This document shows, piece after piece, positions 59,376 to 64,000 of a stretch of 64,000 bases of DNA (position 1 is the first letter of the stretch; the number at the start of each line of letters is the position of its first letter). The stretch is from positions 928,001 to 992,000 of the forward strand of contig CAWGMQ010000006.1 of NCBI GenBank assembly GCA_963823665.1, read 5' to 3'. Under the pieces are notes generated by a model, which was not told the origin of the DNA, searched no databases, and was given only the letters and a program-made list of their open reading frames with translations. Source of the DNA: an uncultured Planctomycetota bacterium (lineage in GTDB: Bacteria; Planctomycetota; Planctomycetia; Isosphaerales; Isosphaeraceae). Made by a program: the position numbers and the translations under genes.

Positions 59376-62131
59376 TCAACCCCACGTCCAGATCCACTCC
59401 CCGGAATTCGCGGGCAGTTCCATGCTGAACCGCACCTGTCCGTTGCGCGGGTCGAACGACGGCTCCAGACAATCGCCCGGGGCCGAGCTCTCCCACGGCC
59501 CTAGCTCCGAAAGGCCCGGGCACGTGAGCCGGACGTCGAGCGCCGTGGCGTGCTTGAGATTCGACTTGAGGTGAAGACGATAGAGCCTTGTCCCGATCGG
59601 CCGCTCGAGGAGATACCACACGTCTCCACACCCGAGCGACTGCTTGATCCCGGTTTGGGTCCACTGGCCGATCAAGGCCGGCCGCAACGACAGTCGACCG
59701 TCGACCGCGTCATAATCCAGGCCGGCCAGGTCGAGCATCGTGTCGATCAGCTTGGCGTGCAGGTTGGAAGCGGTCCCGCCCGGGTCGGTCGTCTGCCTGC
59801 CCGAATCCAGCCCGCGGGCGAATGATCTCAGTGATAGTCCGAGGTGGGAAATGCGGCTGACGATTCCGTCAAAAAGTGCCAGCGCTCTGGTCCAGTGCCG
59901 TGCCTGCCCGGTTTCGCGGCCCACCTCGGTCAGGAACCTCGCCATCCAGAAAGTTGCCTGGCTGGAAACGTCGTGGGAATCGGTCCCCGCGCCGCTTGAA
60001 TGAGCGCCGGACGGCTCGTAGATCGACTGCGAGAGCACATTGGGATCGCCCTTGTGCGCCTCGTGCTGCGCGCAGGATCGCCTCGGCCGTCCGCAGCAAC
60101 CGCTGGTCCGAGGCCGGCAGCAGCCCAAACGGAACCGCCAGCGAAAGCGCGGTGATGTCAAGCGTGGCCGGATGCTCGACCAGCAAATCCGGGTTGTCGG
60201 TCCACAGCCCCCGCAGCTTGGACACTCTTCGAGCGGACAGGAATCGGCCGGTCTCCGGGTCCGTCAGACCTGGACTTTTGTCCCGGCTCGTGGCAATCGT
60301 CGGCAGGATCCCTTCGTTCCAGATCCGGTCGGCGCAGGCGTTCCACCGCGCTTTCAATTCCTCGTGGCCCAGCTTCTCTGCCAACCTGGCGGCGGCCCGC
60401 AGGCCGGCGACTACGCAGGCATTCGAATACAAGAAAGCGCCGAAATGCTGGTCGCGGCTGCCGGCTGAGCTGATCAGGTGCAGGTCTTCGAGCAGCGTGA
60501 GACCCGGATGGCCCCCCGAATCACCGCAGCACACCTTGCACGCCTGCTCGATCATCGGCCAGACCGAACTGACAAATTCCAGGTCGCCCGTCTGCCGGAA
60601 GTGCCTCTCCAGTCCCCACGGTATCGAGCGCCGTCTGGTCGACAGCCGGCGTCTCCCATTCGGGCACGCCGTCGATCGAGTATTTTTGAAACCAGTACAG
60701 GAACGGCAAGTGTTTCGAGCGCACTTTGTTGAGCCACTGGTAAACACCCCGGCCGATCTCGTGGTGGCCCAGGCGATCGAGCGCGCCGCCCACCCAGATC
60801 GCGTCTCTCGGCCAGCAATAGGCACTTAACCCGCGGTCGAAGCCCGAGGCGACCGCCCCGGTCTCCGAGTCCGCGTGCATCGCCGCCGCCAGCGCCGAGC
60901 GGCGCAGATGAACGCCGTACGCCGGCCTGGGAAACAGCAAGTCCGGAATCGGTTCGATGAAGTCGTCCCAGACCCGGCCGCTCGTGTATTCGACCTTGTC
61001 GAGGTCCGCCCCGCGGAACCACGACAGTGCCGGTTTCAGCCAGTGCTCGAACGTGCCGCGGTCTCCGCTCCATCCCGTGAACGCGCCGCTCACCAGCATG
61101 TCGATGTTCACTTCGCCGCGGGCCGGTAAGACCACCGGGCGGAACAAGATCGCTTCATTCGGCCCGGTCGGCTCGCATTCCACCGCTCCCCGATCGTCGA
61201 GTGCCAGCGCAAACTCGATCGTCGCGTCCCGAGCGAGCTTCTTGTTGGCATGCGGATGCCCCCGGTTGATGGCCCGGATCGCCCGGTCGCTGTCATGCCA
61301 GCTAAACCCCACGTCGCCGACCCCGCCGTTGACTTCGGCATGCACGTAAACAGCGAACACCGCCCGGCACGCCTCGGTCCCCTCATTCTTGATCGAGAAT
61401 CGCTTGATGTACTGCCCCGGAGAAGTCTCGTGCCCGGCATTGGTTGGCAGGCAATCTCCGATCACCGCGATATCGGTGATCATCACGTTGATCGGCCCGC
61501 GCCGCCAGGAGAGCTTGGTCGTCAGCAGGTTCGTGACGCCCAGGTACTGCTGATACGGCACCCACGCGGCCTGCTCCGTGAACCAGTCCAGCCGCCGCCC
61601 GACCGACAGCCCTCCCACGATCGCACGGAAATGACAGCGGCTGTGCGAAAGGTCGCCCTCCTTCGGCCGAACCGACGAGCGCAGGCCGACCGTGGGAAAA
61701 TAAAGATCGTACGTCGAGCCCCTCGGGTCGACGCGAACCGTCATCAGCCGGTTCCCCACCAGCGCCTCGGCGCCCGAGATCAGGGCCTCGGATCCCCCCG
61801 TCATATCCGGAAGGTTAGGCCGCACGATCGTGTCCTGATACGGGCTTTGTGCCGTATCCCCGTCTGCCGAGTCAACAATCGCGCGATAGTGCATCCGCAC
61901 ACCCACCCCCTGCGGAGGTATGGGCGCCGTCCAGAGGCTGTTCCCCCCCTTGTTCTCGATCCAGTATGCCGGTAGCACGCCCAGGAAGAGATCGTCGGCC
62001 GATAGCTCGACGCGCACCCGCTGATTGTCCTGGATGGGATGCGTGCCGATCACTGCCGTTGACCACATCCCAGCCCGAACCGGGCCGCCGAGCCGGCCTT
62101 TCGCCGCCGTTTCAATCCAGGTAGCCAGCAT
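59376..62131 (-). CDS. Glycoside hydrolase family 15-like protein (frameshifts near 60628 and 60065)
   Basis: DLYFPTVG, RRSALA, YCWPRDA, QKYSIDG, VDQTA, YSNACVVAGL; three consecutive frames join. Confidence 0.82.
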
Positions 62132-62328
62132 CGCCTTGGGGATCTCGCCCGCCGGTGTCGCGCGCTCGGAGGGATGCGAACTTTATCCCATTCGAATCAG
62201 AATGCGCAAGCTCCAGCTTCTCCGCCCGATTCTGGTGTATGGAAATGTGTGCGCCAAGAGGAGGGCGGGCGGCCAGCCACCAGTTTCAAGTACATCACGC
62301 CTTCAGCCTGACGTTCGAGCTATCGATT

Positions 62329-62526
62329 TTAATGTGCCAGCACGGGCTCGCCCGACCGCGGCTTCGAGGCCACACGCTGCGGCGCGATCTCTTCCCGAAA
62401 AACAGGAATGTCGCCGGGAGCCTCGATACCGATGCGAATTTGATTGCGGTCGATTTTCACCACCGTGATCCGGATGTTCTCTCCGATCACGATCTTTTCA
62501 CCCAGCTTCCTGCTCAGAACCAGCAT
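62329..62526 (-). CDS. csrA: Carbon storage regulator
   Basis: [23 protein letters not shown]....[17 protein letters not shown]. Confidence 0.95.
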   Translation of the reverse strand: MLVLSRKLGEKIVIGENIRITVVKIDRNQIRIGIEAPGDIPVFREEIAPQRVASKPRSGEPVLAH

Positions 62527-63072
62527 GACTATCTCCCGGTTGACTTGCCGACGGAAACTCAGGAACTCTCATTCCCAATCAATGCTCACTACGTTGCTCC
62601 TTAGATTTAGCATTTTTCGCGCCACGACAGCCGATTGCGCTCATTGTTGCGACCGAACTGTTTTACCAATATCCACTTAAGTGCGGAAAACGATTGAGTT
62701 TCTCGTTCCGTTTGGTGTACAAAAGGTGGCACCGGCGTCGCCCCTTATTTCATCGGATTGTAAAAATGGGAAGCAAAGATCGCCAAATCATCGATCGAAA
62801 TCACGGTTGTTCGTCCAACGTCGGTTCTCAAACGATACTCCAGCCCTCAAGGGAACTGATTTGTGCGGGGCCAGGCACCGCTGGCCGTGCGGCACACGCT
62901 ACTTTCCTTCCCAAACGCCAATACGATGCGCACCCATACCTGCCTGCATCAACAACGTGTTGGCATCCGTCTTGCAGCATTCATTCACACTCGAATGGTG
63001 CTAGCGTGCAGGATCGACTTTTGATAGCGTGGATGCACGCATGTTCGCGGACCACAAGCAGAGGAGCCACCT

Positions 63073-64000
63073 ATGTTGAAGCATCGGAATGCGCGTATGC
63101 CAGTGAAAACGGCCCGTGAAAACCCGCGACACGCTACGAGTTGCAAGCGCCGTTTTGTGCCGGGCGTGGGTGAGCTTGAGAGCCGTGAGCTACTCAGCAA
63201 CATCGCTGTACTGAGCACGGCCGACAGCGGCTCCGGTACTCTGCGGGCAGCGATCGCTGCCGCCGCACCGGGCGACGTGATCACGTTCGCCAGGAGCCTT
63301 CGCGGACAGACCATCGCGCTGGCCAGTCCCCTCGATGTCGGCACCAGCCTGACAATCCGCGGATTCGCCGGCGGGCCAGTGCTCAGCGGCGGCGGCGCGA
63401 CCGAGATCTTCGCGATTTCGCCAGGCGTCTCTGTGAATCTGACGACGCTCAAGCTGAATAGCGGCAGCGCCGCCAAGGGTGGAGCGATTGATAACTCCGG
63501 CTCGCTCACCATCAAGTCGTGCGTCCTCGAAAACAACAACGCAGTCGGAAACGCCAGGACCGCCGGCTCAGGCGGTGCCATCTACAATGAAAGCGGCGCG
63601 CGCCTGACGATATTGAGCAGCAAGCTCAGCGGCAACAATGCGATCGATAACGTTGTCTCCGGGAGCACGGCCTCCGGCGGCGCGATTGAGAGTGCGCCCG
63701 GCAGCTCTTCGACAATCCGCAGCACGATATTCTCGTTCAATCAGGCGATATCCGGCCAGGCGCCGAACGGGAGTGCCTTCGGAGGTGCGATCGACTTGAC
63801 GAGCGCAGTGTTCTCGATCGCGACCAGCCAGTTCAGGGGCAACGTCGCGATTGGGTACAGCATGGGTCAAAGCGGCGCGATCAACAATCGCCAGGGAACG
63901 ATCACGATCACGAGTTCGATCTTCGCGAGCAACAAGGCCACGGCCGTTGGGCCCGGTGGCTCTGCCGCGTCGGGCGCGATCACCAACGTCGGGACGTCGT
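63073..64000 (+). CDS. Large secreted parallel beta-helix / Pmp-like repeat protein, 5' part (runs off window)
   Basis: GAGGAG RBS; ELESRELLS planctomycete leader; ADSGSGTLRAAI; repeated GGAI...F..N.A.G units. Confidence 0.85.
   Translation, partial: MLKHRNARMPVKTARENPRHATSCKRRFVPGVGELESRELLSNIAVLSTADSGSGTLRAAIAAAAPGDVITFARSLRGQTIALASPLDVGTSLTIRGFAGGPVLSGGGATEIFAISPGVSVNLTTLKLNSGSAAKGGAIDNSGSLTIKSCVLENNNAVGNARTAGSGGAIYNESGARLTILSSKLSGNNAIDNVVSGSTASGGAIESAPGSSSTIRSTIFSFNQAISGQAPNGSAFGGAIDLTSAVFSIATSQFRGNVAIGYSMGQSGAINNRQGTITITSSIFASNKATAVGPGGSAASGAITNVGTS

Noticed and set aside
62530..63070. Riboswitch between csrA and the beta-helix gene
   Set aside because: Some hairpins are present (for example GCGTGCA...TGCACGC), but no aptamer consensus that I can recognise.

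Overview
This is a GC-rich window that looks like a planctomycete of the Isosphaeraceae/Singulisphaera type. That assignment is inferred from the extended ECF sigma factors, a PEP-CTERM protein, an LESR-LLS leader and the lineage-typical repeats. Housekeeping content includes trpE, a MoxR/DUF58/DUF4350/DUF4129 cluster, tlpA, a fused MFS/spermidine synthase, a PfkB kinase, mfd, a beta-carbonic anhydrase, a PpiC lipoprotein, RDD/SpoIIM, a GH15 and csrA. Two accessory zones (about 1-17.7 kb and 42-47 kb) are rich in small genes, gene remnants and REP-like repeats. Many genes, including conserved ones such as mfd and trpE, carry single-base frameshifts that are most likely sequencing or assembly indels, so genes were reassembled across them. 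The main candidates for undescribed biology are: (1) a SIR2 NADase-like domain fused to a complete GT-B/GT4 glycosyltransferase, in a defence-island-like zone that also has a PIN nuclease with an oversized partner, a two-TM CHAT protease and a decayed TacAT module; (2) an ECF sigma factor apparently fused through a TM helix to a di-haem DHOR domain; (3) an RND-like protein lacking its transmembrane core; (4) a structured orphan RNA bounded by a promoter and a terminator near 58.2 kb; and (5) an expanded family of small membrane proteins with a shared pilin-like leader. No CRISPR array, tRNA, rRNA, integrase or transposase was recognised. No database searches were run; all family calls come from motif recognition.
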